A stretch of 64,000 nt of DNA from assembly GCA_965226885.1 (NCBI GenBank), contig CBDDEL010000009.1, positions 1 through 64,000 on the forward strand, written 5' to 3'. Position numbers and translations under genes: made by a program. Origin of the DNA: Opitutales bacterium. GTDB taxonomy: Bacteria > Verrucomicrobiota > Verrucomicrobiia > Opitutales > UBA2987. Below are positions 53,215-64,000 of this stretch, piece by piece. Each line of letters begins with the position of its first letter. Positions within the stretch are counted from its first letter, which is position 1. The notes beneath the pieces were generated by a model. The model worked only from the letters and a program-made list of their open reading frames with translations. It was not told the DNA's origin and did not search any database.

Positions 53215-53808
53215 ATGAGCACAGCAATATCAGCAAAAATGGTAAGCGAGCTTCGGGGGAAAACCGGAGCCGGCTTAATGGATTGTAAAAAAGCACTTGT
53301 CGAGGCCGATGGTGATATGGAGCAAGCGATCACCCTATTACGTAAAAAGGGCATGGCTACAGCCGAAAAAAAATCCGGTCGCACCACAAGCGAGGGTTTG
53401 ATTGGCCAGTACATCCATTTCGGCGGGAAGGTGGGTGTCCTCGTCGAGGTGGCCTGCGAAACGGATTTCGTGGCCAAAACAGAGGATTTCGGCAATTTGA
53501 TCAAAGATATTTGCCTGCACATTGCGGCGGCTAATCCTCAATACGTAATACGGGAGGAGGTTCCCGAAGATGTTCTGGCCAAGGAAAGGGAAATTGCCGG
53601 CGCCCAGGTGCAAGGCAAACCGGCCCATATCATAGAAAAAGTGGTGGACGGCAAATTGGAAAAAATTTACCAGTCTCTTTGCCTGATGGAGCAGCCTTTC
53701 GTGAAAAACCCGGACCAGTCGATTAAAGATCTTGTAGCCGCCAGTATTTCTAAAACCGGTGAAAATATTGTGATCCGGCGCTTTACCCGATACCAGCTTG
53801 GAGAGTGA
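53215..53808 (+). CDS. tsf: Elongation factor Ts (short form)
   Basis: LRGKTGAGLMDCKKAL and CETDFVA motifs; follows rpsB. Confidence 0.97.
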   Translation: MSTAISAKMVSELRGKTGAGLMDCKKALVEADGDMEQAITLLRKKGMATAEKKSGRTTSEGLIGQYIHFGGKVGVLVEVACETDFVAKTEDFGNLIKDICLHIAAANPQYVIREEVPEDVLAKEREIAGAQVQGKPAHIIEKVVDGKLEKIYQSLCLMEQPFVKNPDQSIKDLVAASISKTGENIVIRRFTRYQLGE

Positions 53809-53902
53809 TTTCATTTTTTGTGATTGCTTAAATAAATATTTTATTCGGGCAGTCCATGTAAATTAAGGGTGCTTTCCCCCTCATCAGAAAGCGATATTTC
53901 CC

Positions 53903-54796
53903 GTGAACGCCATCATCGACAGCCACGTTCACTGTTATTGGCCGGAGGTTGTGGCCGATCCTCGCGGCTGGGCCGCCGCCATGAGAGAAAACCACTGGGC
54001 TGAACTACACGCTCCACCGCCGGGTAGCAGATCGATTGCCGGATGGGCGGATGCTGACGGCCTGCTCGCCGACATGGACAAGGCGGGTGTCGAACGGGCC
54101 GTTTTGCTGGGTTGGTATTGGGAAAACCAGGACACCTGCGACCAGCAAAACCAATGGCATACTGACTGGGTTAGAGAACACCCTGATCGTTTTATTGGAT
54201 TTGCGGCGGTTCAACCGATGGCGGAAGAACGGGCCTTCGAGGCGGTGCGCCGGGCCATCGACGGGGGGTTGTCCGGCATTGGAGAAATGCTGCCTGCGGC
54301 CCAGGGTTTTTCCCACACCAACTCTACCTGGCTGCGAATTCTGGATTGGGCACAGGGAGAAAATTTACCCATCACCATTCATGTTACCGAGGCGGCCGGG
54401 CACGATTATGCGGGCAAAGTGGAAACTCCGCTGGAGGAATATCAATGGCTGGCCAGGCAGTTTCCCAACCTCAAAATGATACTGGCTCACTGGGGTGGAG
54501 GGCTGCCTTTTTATGAATTGAACGCGACCTGCCGCAAAGATTTTCAAAACATCTTTTACGATACCGCCGCCAGCCCGCTCCTTTATGACAAAAAGATTTT
54601 CCGGGTGGTGGCCGATATGGTGGGGGCGGACAAGATTTTATTCGGTTCGGATTATCCATTGCGTCTTTTCCCCAAGGTGGACAAAAAGCCCGGATTCGAA
54701 CGTTTTCTGGAGCAAATCGACAACGCCGGTTTAACGGGAATTGAAAAAGAAAAGATTCTCGGCGGCAACGCCCGGAAGCTATTCGTTCTGGGCTAG
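53903..54796 (+). CDS. Amidohydrolase_2 family metal-dependent hydrolase
   Basis: IDSHVH, GIGE, LAHWGGG and ILFGSDYP motifs. Confidence 0.9.
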   Translation: MNAIIDSHVHCYWPEVVADPRGWAAAMRENHWAELHAPPPGSRSIAGWADADGLLADMDKAGVERAVLLGWYWENQDTCDQQNQWHTDWVREHPDRFIGFAAVQPMAEERAFEAVRRAIDGGLSGIGEMLPAAQGFSHTNSTWLRILDWAQGENLPITIHVTEAAGHDYAGKVETPLEEYQWLARQFPNLKMILAHWGGGLPFYELNATCRKDFQNIFYDTAASPLLYDKKIFRVVADMVGADKILFGSDYPLRLFPKVDKKPGFERFLEQIDNAGLTGIEKEKILGGNARKLFVLG

Positions 54797-54817
54797 TGTG
54801 GTGTTATTTAGGTTACA

Positions 54818-56098
54818 TTACACTAGAAGCTGCAGCACATTGACGGGTAAATTATCGGTTTCTTTCCGGTAGATAATCTGCAATCCGCCGCTCAGGCCAT
54901 TGTCCAGAAATACGGGTATGGTCAGGATGGGCAACCCGGCAAAACTGCCTGGAGCGGTCAGCTGAAGAAGGTCCAGGCGGGTTTTCTCGGACATGCTGTC
55001 CTGGCCGATGGCCGGATAAGGTGTGGCCGGAATGACCAGATAATCGAAATCGACCAAGAGTTCATAAACGGCATCACGCAGATAGTCGGAAAAATCGCGG
55101 GCCGCCAGCAAGTCGTCCATAGTTCTCTGGCTGCCTTCATGGATGCGTTCCCATACTCTTGCGCTATAATCGCCGCGGTTTTTATCGAGCCAGTTTTTGT
55201 GGGTTCTCCAGGCCTCAATGCTAACTATCACTTTGTAATGTTCTACCCCGCCCGCGAACACTTTATCCAGAATGACGGAATGAGAGGGTATTCGTTCCAA
55301 ATCCAGTTTTTGAATAGTTTGACGATACTTTTCCAGTAGATCGGGTTCTATCATTTCGTCGTAAGCGTCAAAATAAAAACCACGGCGGACTTTTCTATCT
55401 TCGGTTGCGCCAATCAATGCGCACAGGGTCTTGATCATATCACCGGCCGAACCGGTGAACCATCCCGGCGTATCGAAAGTTGGAGCCAGGGGGAAGGCGC
55501 CCTTCGTTATCCACGGATTGCCGGGATAGAGCCTCATGCCGTAAATTCCGCAGAACGAGGCCGGAGTGCGGATGGACCCGCCGGTGTCGGAGCCGAAAGC
55601 CAGAGGCACCAGACCGCTGCCCACCGCCCAGGCGGACCCGCTGCTGGAGCCTCCGCTCAACCGGTCAGGGAAATCGGGATGAGGGCAGTTGCCGAAATGG
55701 TCGTTGCGCCCGCTCAAGCCATAGGCGAATTCGTTCATTTGAGTTTTACCGCAAAAAAGAGCGTCATGCTTCTCCATGTCATTAAAGAGAGCAGAGGAAT
55801 TTTCCGGTATTCCCCGAACCTGGGCTAAAAAAGGAGAACCGCAATGGGTCTCCAGGCCGGCGACATCGAACAAATCTTTCAGCAGGTAAGGCGTTCCGCC
55901 CAGAGGCTTGGACAAGTTTTCGGCCGCCTCAAGGAAACTAGATTCGAGGATTTCTTTTTTGGGAAGATAGCTGAAAATTGCCTTTTTTTCATTCTCCGGA
56001 ATAGACTTAATCCGGTTCAGGAAGTGGTGCAGGGCTTCTTTCGGGTCGCGGCGCAGACGCTCTTTCCAAGCATCGATATTGTCCCGGGCAGGCATCAT
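54818..56098 (-). CDS. Amidase signature family protein
   Basis: KDLFDV, GGSSSGSA and GSDTGGSIRTPA motifs. Confidence 0.93.
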   Translation of the reverse strand: MMPARDNIDAWKERLRRDPKEALHHFLNRIKSIPENEKKAIFSYLPKKEILESSFLEAAENLSKPLGGTPYLLKDLFDVAGLETHCGSPFLAQVRGIPENSSALFNDMEKHDALFCGKTQMNEFAYGLSGRNDHFGNCPHPDFPDRLSGGSSSGSAWAVGSGLVPLAFGSDTGGSIRTPASFCGIYGMRLYPGNPWITKGAFPLAPTFDTPGWFTGSAGDMIKTLCALIGATEDRKVRRGFYFDAYDEMIEPDLLEKYRQTIQKLDLERIPSHSVILDKVFAGGVEHYKVIVSIEAWRTHKNWLDKNRGDYSARVWERIHEGSQRTMDDLLAARDFSDYLRDAVYELLVDFDYLVIPATPYPAIGQDSMSEKTRLDLLQLTAPGSFAGLPILTIPVFLDNGLSGGLQIIYRKETDNLPVNVLQLLV

Positions 56099-56188
56099 GG
56101 TTTTGCCAACATAGGGAAACTTTGCTCTCTAGCAATACTCTTCCTGGCATTGACCTCTGATGGTTTGTCTATTTTTCTCTATAACAAC

Positions 56189-56656
56189 ATGAGTTTTGAA
56201 AATCGTTTACTGAAACTTGGCATAACCCTGCCGACGACCCCCAAACCGGTAGGAAATTATATTCCCGCCATCATTGATGGAGACAAATTATATACGGCGG
56301 GAATGGTATGCCTGAAGGAGGGGCAAATTACCCATGCGGGCAAGCTCGGCAAGGATTTTACCGTCGAGGAGGGTTATGAAGCCGCTCGGGTCTGCGGTCT
56401 CAATTTATTGGCGGCCATTAAAGGAGCTGCCGGTTCGCTTGATGAGGTGGAAAAATTTCTCACCGTGACGGGCTTCGTCAACGCCACACCCGATTTTCAC
56501 CAAAGCCCCCAGGTCATTAATGGCGCTTCCGATCTCATCGTTGAAGTGTTTGGCGATAAAGGCATACATGCCCGTGCGGCCGTATCGGTAGCCTGTCTGC
56601 CTCTCAACTCTGCCGTCGAGGTCCAGGCCGTGGTCAAGTTGAAAAAGAATAGCTGA
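56189..56656 (+). CDS. RidA/YjgF family protein
   Basis: PVGNY, NGASDL and HARAAV...LPLNSAVEV motifs; start taken at MSFENRL. Confidence 0.9.
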   Translation: MSFENRLLKLGITLPTTPKPVGNYIPAIIDGDKLYTAGMVCLKEGQITHAGKLGKDFTVEEGYEAARVCGLNLLAAIKGAAGSLDEVEKFLTVTGFVNATPDFHQSPQVINGASDLIVEVFGDKGIHARAAVSVACLPLNSAVEVQAVVKLKKNS

Positions 56657-57616
56657 TTCTCATTCTCACTGTGGTTAACCTCAGTCACGAGGAGTTATCT
56701 CCAGGCTGCTTCTAATTACCAGTCGCAGAAAAAGTTCGTCATCACCGTTTATGGGCACTGTGGCTTCTATAACTTCCACATCACCCAAGTCATCCACAAC
56801 ATTCTCCGTGATGTCCGTATCGAACCAATCGAGTAGATTATTCGACCACTCAACTTGACCAAATGCCGGCGGAACAACTTTGGACCTGAGGTACCCCAAG
56901 GTGAGAAAGCTTCCATCGTCGAATACCTCGAATGCCCCGGTACTATCATAGACAAGCGGATTGAGGCCCATAAAATGCTCTACCAGGTTGGTAAACCCGT
57001 CGCCGTCGAAGTCATCGCCGGGAAGAACGTCAGTCAGGTCTTCGATGGCATCGCCGGGATTAGCCTCGATGATAAACTGCTCAAAGGTGTCCCCCATGCC
57101 ATCGCCGTCGGTATCATTCTGCGGTCCAAACTCAACCGTGAGCCCCTGAATGGCATCCAGGGCATCAATGATCAGCCGCTGCGCAGAGCCGGAATTCACA
57201 TCGATGAAGTTGGCTTGCACCCGCAGACCCGCACCGCTTACAAAAAAGTCATCCCGCAGGTCGATCAAACCCGCCAAAGGGCCGATATCCGTGAGCAGGT
57301 TGTTATCGAGCCAGAGCTGTCCCAATTGGGTCAGTTCGCTCAACGGGTTCAAGTCGCTGATTTGGTTGAAACTAAGGTCAAGGAAGGTCAGGTTCACCGC
57401 AGTCTCCAATCCCATCAGGTCGGTAATACCTAAATCCGCGGCATTCAGAGATGTCAGATCGGTCATGTCCGCCAGGGTAACAACAAATTGGAAGAATAAA
57501 TCCAGTTCATCGCGGATTGCATTTTCGAGCGCTGTATCGGGTATGGAGACGCCCACGGTCAGTTCCACCGTGATCATGATGGTTGGTTCGTCGGGGTCGT
57601 TGGAGGTAATGGTTAG

Positions 57617-59183
57617 CCCGGATATTTCATGAAGGGTAAAGTTTGGCTCGTTATTGCTATTGGAGATGGATTTCTTTGTATTTTGAGCAGATCGTCTTGA
57701 TTTTTAGGTGTTTTTCAGGGTGTAGAGACACTGCCCCCTTTCCCCCATTGGTTCGGTAGTGCCGGGGGCAGCACCAATGCACCCTTTAGGTTGGCACCAA
57801 TCGGCGGGCCGCATGGTTGAAAAGACTGGCCCAAGGATAACTCTCACTTAGGTGAAAGTGAATCGTTCGGGTGTTGCGCACGATGACCGCTCCGATCTTG
57901 ATTAATTTGAGCCGCAGGGTGTGGCATTGGGCCCGCGCCCACTTCGTCCCTTTTAAGGCTAACCGGCGCATGGCTTCCATCAAGGTGTAGGCCAGCGCCG
58001 ACAAGAGCAATCGCCACTGATTGGCCCACCATTGATGGGCGCTGGTGCGCTCGCTGAACAATTGCATCTGTTCCTTGATTCGGTTCTCCATTTCACCGCG
58101 GCCACAGTATACCTTGTCGTAAAGCTCCTGGGGATCGCCCGGCAGGTTCGTCACCACGAAGCGCGGGTTGGACCCCTGTGTGGTGTGTTCGGCTTTATGG
58201 ATGACCAACCGCAGCCATCGCCACGAATCGGCAGCATAGACGAAGTCCTGGAATAACCGTTGTTTTTTACCCCTTAGTTCGAACCATTCTTTGGCCTGCT
58301 TTTGCAACTGCTGGGCGTCTTGCTGCAAGCGTGCATTGCGAGCCATCCCCACGATGTAACTAACTTCGTTGCGGTCGCACCAAGAGAGTATCCGGTCTCG
58401 ACAAAATCCACTGTCGGCGCGCCAAATAATCCGCGTACGGGGCCAGCTTTGGCGAATCCGTTTAACCAGCAATTTGAGGATGGCCCCGGCATGCTTGCTG
58501 GCATCGATCTTGCTCGGCCGCAGGTAGGCCACCAGCAGCTGATCACCGCAAAAAACATATAGCGGCAGAAAACAGTAATGATCATAATAACCGTGGAAAA
58601 AACGTCCCTCCTGGAGCCCGTGCACCGGATTGTCGGTGGCGTCAAAGTCCAGGATGATCTCTTCGGGTTCCTCGGCAAAGGAGCCCATGAACTGTTCGAC
58701 CAACAGCTCGTTTACCGCAAAGGCCGCCCGCCGATCCTGCCCGTTTTCAAAACGACACAAAGTCGGCGCGCTGGCCAACGTTTCAATGCGCCCCGTTACC
58801 GTTTGCAACAATGGATCGTGGCGCAGGGTATCAAAGTCGTTCAAATCCTCATAGCCCGCCACCAGCCCGTAAACGCGCTGCCGCAGCATCCCCAATACCT
58901 CATGGCGTACTTTGCCCTTCTGCCGTTTGTCCACTAACTGTCGGGCCGCTCGTTCGGTCAAGCCCAACTGCCGATCCACTTCCCGGATCAAAAGCAGTCC
59001 GGCATCCGAAGTAACCTCTCCGCCCTTGAAATCAACCCGCACACGGCGGCCTTTTACCCTTGTCAACTGTAGCTTTAATTGTTTACCTTTTGTCATCGCT
59101 GATATTGCTTTAATTATTGATCTATCCTGCTGTATATCAGCAGTTAAGCATATCAACGATACTTTTTTTACGAAATATCCGGG
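57617..59183 (-). mobile_element. IS1380 type 1, intact
   Basis: IRs CCCGGATATTTC; TSD TTAG. Confidence 0.94.
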
Positions 59184-61576
59184 TTAGCATACCGACATAA
59201 TCACCCGGGGCCAACGCGCTGGCGTCAATTATAACGTCTACGAAGTCAAAATCCAGGGACGAAATTGAGCCGGAAACCGGGTCCGTTGTGAGCCAGAAAC
59301 TGTCAGAGGCGATGGCATAATCGAGCGGTTCTCCTCCGTTGTTATCTATAAATAAGAAGTCAAAAGTGGTGCCTCCGGAGACCACCTCCGGAAAAATTGA
59401 GCTGGGTGCGCTGATATCCGGTGGACCCACGGTTAGGTCCACATCGACAAATATTTCCGTTTCGTTCGGGTCGTCTGAGGAAATGGTGAGGAAACCAAAG
59501 TAAAGACCTGTAGTTAGACCCGTGGCATCGATATCCACGGAAATATCGATGGCATCAGCCCCCGCCGCTATGGAACCACTATCGGGAGCCGGCAAAAGCC
59601 ATGTTTGACTCGATGTGATGGTGTAGTTGAGCGTGTCAGTACCAAGGTTTTCAATAGTTGTGGATATATTGGTCGATTGGTCGATCCCAAGCCCGAGGGC
59701 AAAAAATAAAGGCGAGACGTTGATATCGGGCACATCCGCCACCGTCAAATTGACCGGCAAAGCGGTCAAGGCTTCATCGATATCGTTAGAGAATACATTA
59801 ACGACGCCGGTGTAGAATCCCAAGGAGAGATCAGCGGCCGAGAAGGCGAACTCTACCGAATCGAAAAATTGGGATTCCTGGCTTTGCTTTGCGGGCGCAA
59901 TCCGGGTCAGCCACGATGGGAGATTAGTTCCTGAATTGACCGTCACATCATCCACTTTCCAGCCGGGAAAGTCGTTGAAAACGTTATCAAGAGAATCAAG
60001 AAAGAAGCGGACGCGAATGACCTGGCCTGCAAATGGGGTGAGGTCGAGAGAAGTAAAAATCCAGCCATTGCTATCTCCGGATGGAGCGGTGCCTGTGTTA
60101 TTGATATCCGCAAAGCCACGCAACTGCGTCCAGGTTTGTCCGTCGTCGATACTGGCATCTACCATTACATAGTCCCATCCTTGTTCTGTATAGTAATCTT
60201 CGAAGAAACTTAGAGTAATGACCCCGGTAATTGATGTAAGGTCGATCGGTGGGCTGATGAGGGCGTTTTGTATGTGATTGCCGGTCTCATAATCTCCGGT
60301 GGCTGGGTCGGCCGCCCACCAACTGGTGTTGGGACTGTAACTGTCTATAGTAGTCTGGTGCCAGAGGTCGTCGATCCCGTCTTCGACCAGCGCGGTAGTC
60401 CACCCGATGGAGCCGCTTTCAAAATCTTCGAAGAAAATGATATTTGCCAGGACCGGTTCGATTTGCCAGTCAAGAAAATCGCCCCCGATGTTGCCGATTG
60501 TGAGGAACGACGAGAAAGCCTCACCGGGCGCCACAGTCAGGTCGACCGAGGCGGCGCTAAAATCAATATTGGCGTTGGGAATAATCTCCAGAGTAACCGT
60601 GGCCGTATCGGTGGCCTCATCGGCGTCGATCACCTCATAGACAAAGCTGTCGGAGAAGTTTTCCGTGCCATCGTGGGTGTAGGTGAATGTGCCGTCCACC
60701 GCCAGGGTCAGGGCGCCGTGGTTTGGCCCGCTCACTGGGGATGTGTTTACTGTCAATATATCAAAGGGCAGTTCTGGGTCGGTGTCGTTGTCCAATACGC
60801 TGGAGAATCCGCCGACAAGAACCGAAACTGTGCCGCCCTCGGCCACAGTCCCAAAGTCATCACTTCCCACCGGTGGATTATTCTCGAGACTGATTGAAAT
60901 GTTAAACCCGCCCGAACCGTTGGGGTGAAAAAAGATGTTCGAATCTTGGGCTATATCTACCGGAGGCGGAGGAGTGTATTCAAACCACTCATATATTGTT
61001 GGTTCTGCCACGCTGTCAAAAGGCGCATCTGTTGTGTAATCAATACTCGCGGGATCCGTCACACCTCCTCCGGGACTGATGCCTATAAGGACATCATTAT
61101 CATCATCGGCCGTGAAGCCGTATTTGTTGAATCCCATGCTTATGTTTCCATCCTCGAGAAGTTGCACCTGGACACTAACCGGAGAACCAGACCATAAAGT
61201 AACGGTGTCCCATGTAACGACAACACGGTCTATCTCCGGGTCGGCATCGTCATCGGGGAAGGTGTTTAAATACACATCGCCGAAGGTTTCGGGGTCCAAA
61301 TCGGTCCAGAAGGGAGCGATGCGGGCAAAGGCATCTCCCGTCAAATCAGTAGGATTACCACTACAACAACCATGTCCATTACTGCCGCCGAGGCTGATAA
61401 ATCCGTTGCTGGAAATGGATAATATGTCGGCGCCGGTATAGGTTGTGGCGGCAAACGGGAATGAAAATGTCCCAAAGGTGGAGTCATCGACATCATCATC
61501 AGTGAACCCAAGCGCCGCACCAAAATCTGGCTCCCACACTGGAGGATAATTGACTTCAATAGTGGCTTCAATAGTG

Positions 61577-62378
61577 GGTAGTGTATTAAGTAGGAATGGT
61601 GGCTAATTCTTGATTATATTGATGAATGAAAAGTCTCAGACAGGTTTCATGCATACTCTTAAGCTTGGAAAAGGAGAGGGTTTTGCGTGTGAAACGACCC
61701 AGTCGTTGGCGCAGGGTATTGTTCCATCGTTCCACATGGGCCGTTTCACCGGTTTCTTTTCCCACGGATCGGTTATGAGGAAAGACTTCATCATAAGTGC
61801 TCCAAAAGTCGCTGTAGGTGGCACATCTTTTGTAGGCCCGTGGCAGACGCTCGTAAAGTTCCCGGCAACGATACCAATCCCGAGGCCCAATGGCATAGGA
61901 GAGGATTTGACGGGTGCGTCGGCAAAGAGCGATCCAAACCCATTGGGCATCGCTCTTGCGCCCCACAAAAGACCACAGTTCGTCCAGTTCAATGACATCA
62001 TGGCGGCGGGCCGCAAGAATCGTGCTTTTGAGCGGTCGCAGCGATTGTCGTTTTTTTTAACCAACTCAAAACGGTGTTGGGACTCACCCCGAAGGCGCGC
62101 TGTAAACCGCGTAGACTGCTGCGTTCCTGATAGACTCGCAGGATCATTTCTTTTTGCTCTTCGGTGTATTTCACTGTGGGGTTTTCGCGGCTTTGTTTAC
62201 CACAATCATGGCAGCGGTAGCGCTGTTTATGGTTGGGCGTCTTGCCAAATTTAATGATATTTTCACTTCCACAGTGCCGACAATTAATAATTTTAGTAAC
62301 CATGCACTAAAAATAAACTGCCTAACGCTATTTATACAGCTAAAAATACAAAATAACATTCTTTTTTTATACACTACC
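61577..62378 (-). mobile_element. IS1 type A copy 4, uninterrupted (802 bp)
   Basis: 8-bp TSD CAATAGTG; insA 61998-62303, insB ending at 61586. Confidence 0.94.
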
Positions 62379-63870
62379 CAATAGTGACATTAAATCCGCC
62401 TGAACCGTTGGGTTGAAAAATAATATTCGAATCTTCGGCAATATCTACCGGAGGCGGTGGAATGTATTCAAAGAACTCATATATAGTAGGCTCTGTCCCA
62501 CTGTCAAAAGGGGCGCTTGCGGTGTAATCACTACTTCCGGGATCCGTCACAAATCCTCCGGGACTGATACCTATGAGGACATTCTCATCATCATCGACTG
62601 TGAAAATGTAATTGTCGTATCCCATGATTATGGTTCCATCCTCCAAAAGTTGCAACTGAATTCTCACCGGGGAATCAGACCAAAAAGTAGCGGTGTCCCA
62701 TGTGACAACAACACGGTCTATGGCCGGGTCGGCATCGTCATTGGCGAAGGTGTTTAAATATACATCGTCACCGGTTTCCGGGGCTAAGTCGGTCCATAAT
62801 GGTGCAATTCGTGCGACCTCTTCCACTAATTCAGTTGGATCACTGGAATAGTCACTTCCATTATCGCCTCCCAGGCTGATAAAACCGTTGCTGGAAATGG
62901 AAAGCACATCGGAGCCGGTATGGGTTGTGCCGGCAAACGGGAATGAAAACGTCCCAAAGGTGCTGATATTTGTTTCATCATCTCCTAATCCGAGCGCCGC
63001 TCCTATGTCAGACTCCCACCGTGGGGAAGGGGACGAAGATAAAATGTTAATTGCAACCGTCGCGGTGGCGGTTGCCGTCCCGTCACTGATTTCGTAAACA
63101 AAGCTGTCACTGGCCAGCGAAAGTCCATCGTGGGTGTAGGTGAATGTGCCGTCCACCGCCAGGATCAGGGTGCCGTGGTTCGGCCCGCTTATTGGGGTTG
63201 TGTTTACTGTCAGGATATCCGTTTCGACGGCCAAGTCGTTGGCCAAAACGCTGGTGGCACCGCCGCCGAGGATTGTCACCGTGCCCCCCTCGTTGACCGA
63301 GGTGGCATCATCGTTGGCAACTGGCAGGTTTTGCGGCTCGAACTCCACCGTCAGACCGGAGATGGCATTGAGGGTGTCGATAATCAGCCGTTGCGCCGAG
63401 TCAGGATCCACATCGATGAAGTTGTCCTGCAATCGAAGGCCCGGACCGTCTTCCTCGTAATCATCCTCAAGATTGATCAAACCGGCCAACGCTCCGATAT
63501 CTATGATTAGATTATTATGGAGCCAGAGCTGAACTAATTGCGTCTTCCCACTCAAGGGGTTCAGATCGCTGATCAGGTTGTTTTCGAGGAATAGAATTTC
63601 CAGACTGTTAAGCCCGCTCAGGGCGCTGATTTCGATGATTTGGTTGTTGTTGAGCGTAAGCTCCAACAGGTTGGTCAAACCGCTCAGGGCAGTAATATCG
63701 CCGATCAGGTTGTTTTCGAGAGCCAGATATGTTAGGCTAGTGGCAAGTCCACTCAGGCCTGTGATATCAGTTAGCTGGTTATTGTCGAGTTGCAGATTTG
63801 TCAGGCTGGTGAATCCACTCAGGATGTTTGTATCGCTGATAGTGGTAATCAGGTTACCGGAGAGGGATAG

Positions 63871-64000
63871 CCCGGATATTTCGTAAAAAAAGTATCGTTG
63901 ATATGCTTAACTGCTGATATACAGCAGGATAGATCAATAATTAAAGCAATATCAGCGATGACAAAAGGTAAACAATTAAAGCTACAGTTGACAAGGGTAA
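63871..64000 (+). mobile_element. IS1380 type 1 left end, runs off the window
   Basis: CCCGGATATTTCGTAAAAAAAG and the transposase start at 63958. Confidence 0.9.

Larger units (their letters stand above)
56681..63870 (-). pseudogene. Large surface protein (LRR, Ig/cadherin-like, tandem NIDO-like, BACON-like, acidic Ca-binding repeats) broken by three ISs
   Basis: Segments 63870-62379, 61568-59184 and 57612-56681 join in frame (4809 nt, about 1600 codons): ..GGFNVTIEATIEVNYPPVWEP.. and ..YVGMLTITSNDPDEP.. The N-terminus is beyond the window. Confidence 0.87.

Noticed and set aside
61554..61576. CTTCAATAGTG repeated beside the IS1 TSD as another micro-duplication
   Set aside because: 11-bp match at a 12-bp period, in frame (TIEATIEV), with no sister copy to polarise it; may be native.

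Overview
Bacterial chromosomal window, probably from a Verrucomicrobiota/Opitutales-like and possibly host-associated organism (inferred). About half of it (~32 kb by my boundary calls) lies inside insertion sequences: IS1 (2 types), IS3 (2 types), IS21, IS630, IS1380 (2 types), an IS5/ISNCY-like element and an ISL3-derived MITE. Many are nested, and target-site duplications (TSDs) resolve most junctions. Core genes are intact (mreBCD-mrdA, tRNA-fMet, rpsB-tsf). Many accessory genes are recent pseudogenes: mscS, a transhydrogenase, an M48 protease spread over 18.6 kb, MoxR, a hydrolase, and a >1600-aa LRR/NIDO-like/Ig surface protein in three pieces. Main observations: (1) an apparent ISEcp1-style one-ended IS1380 transposition unit (15668-21253) carrying an intact TonB-dependent receptor; (2) more than a dozen exact 6-30 bp tandem duplications that inactivate genes and that I did not see in core coding regions; (3) an integrase-less integron cassette array with attC sites (41887-46143); (4) an IS1380 with three stacked right ends and a possibly structured 3' region.
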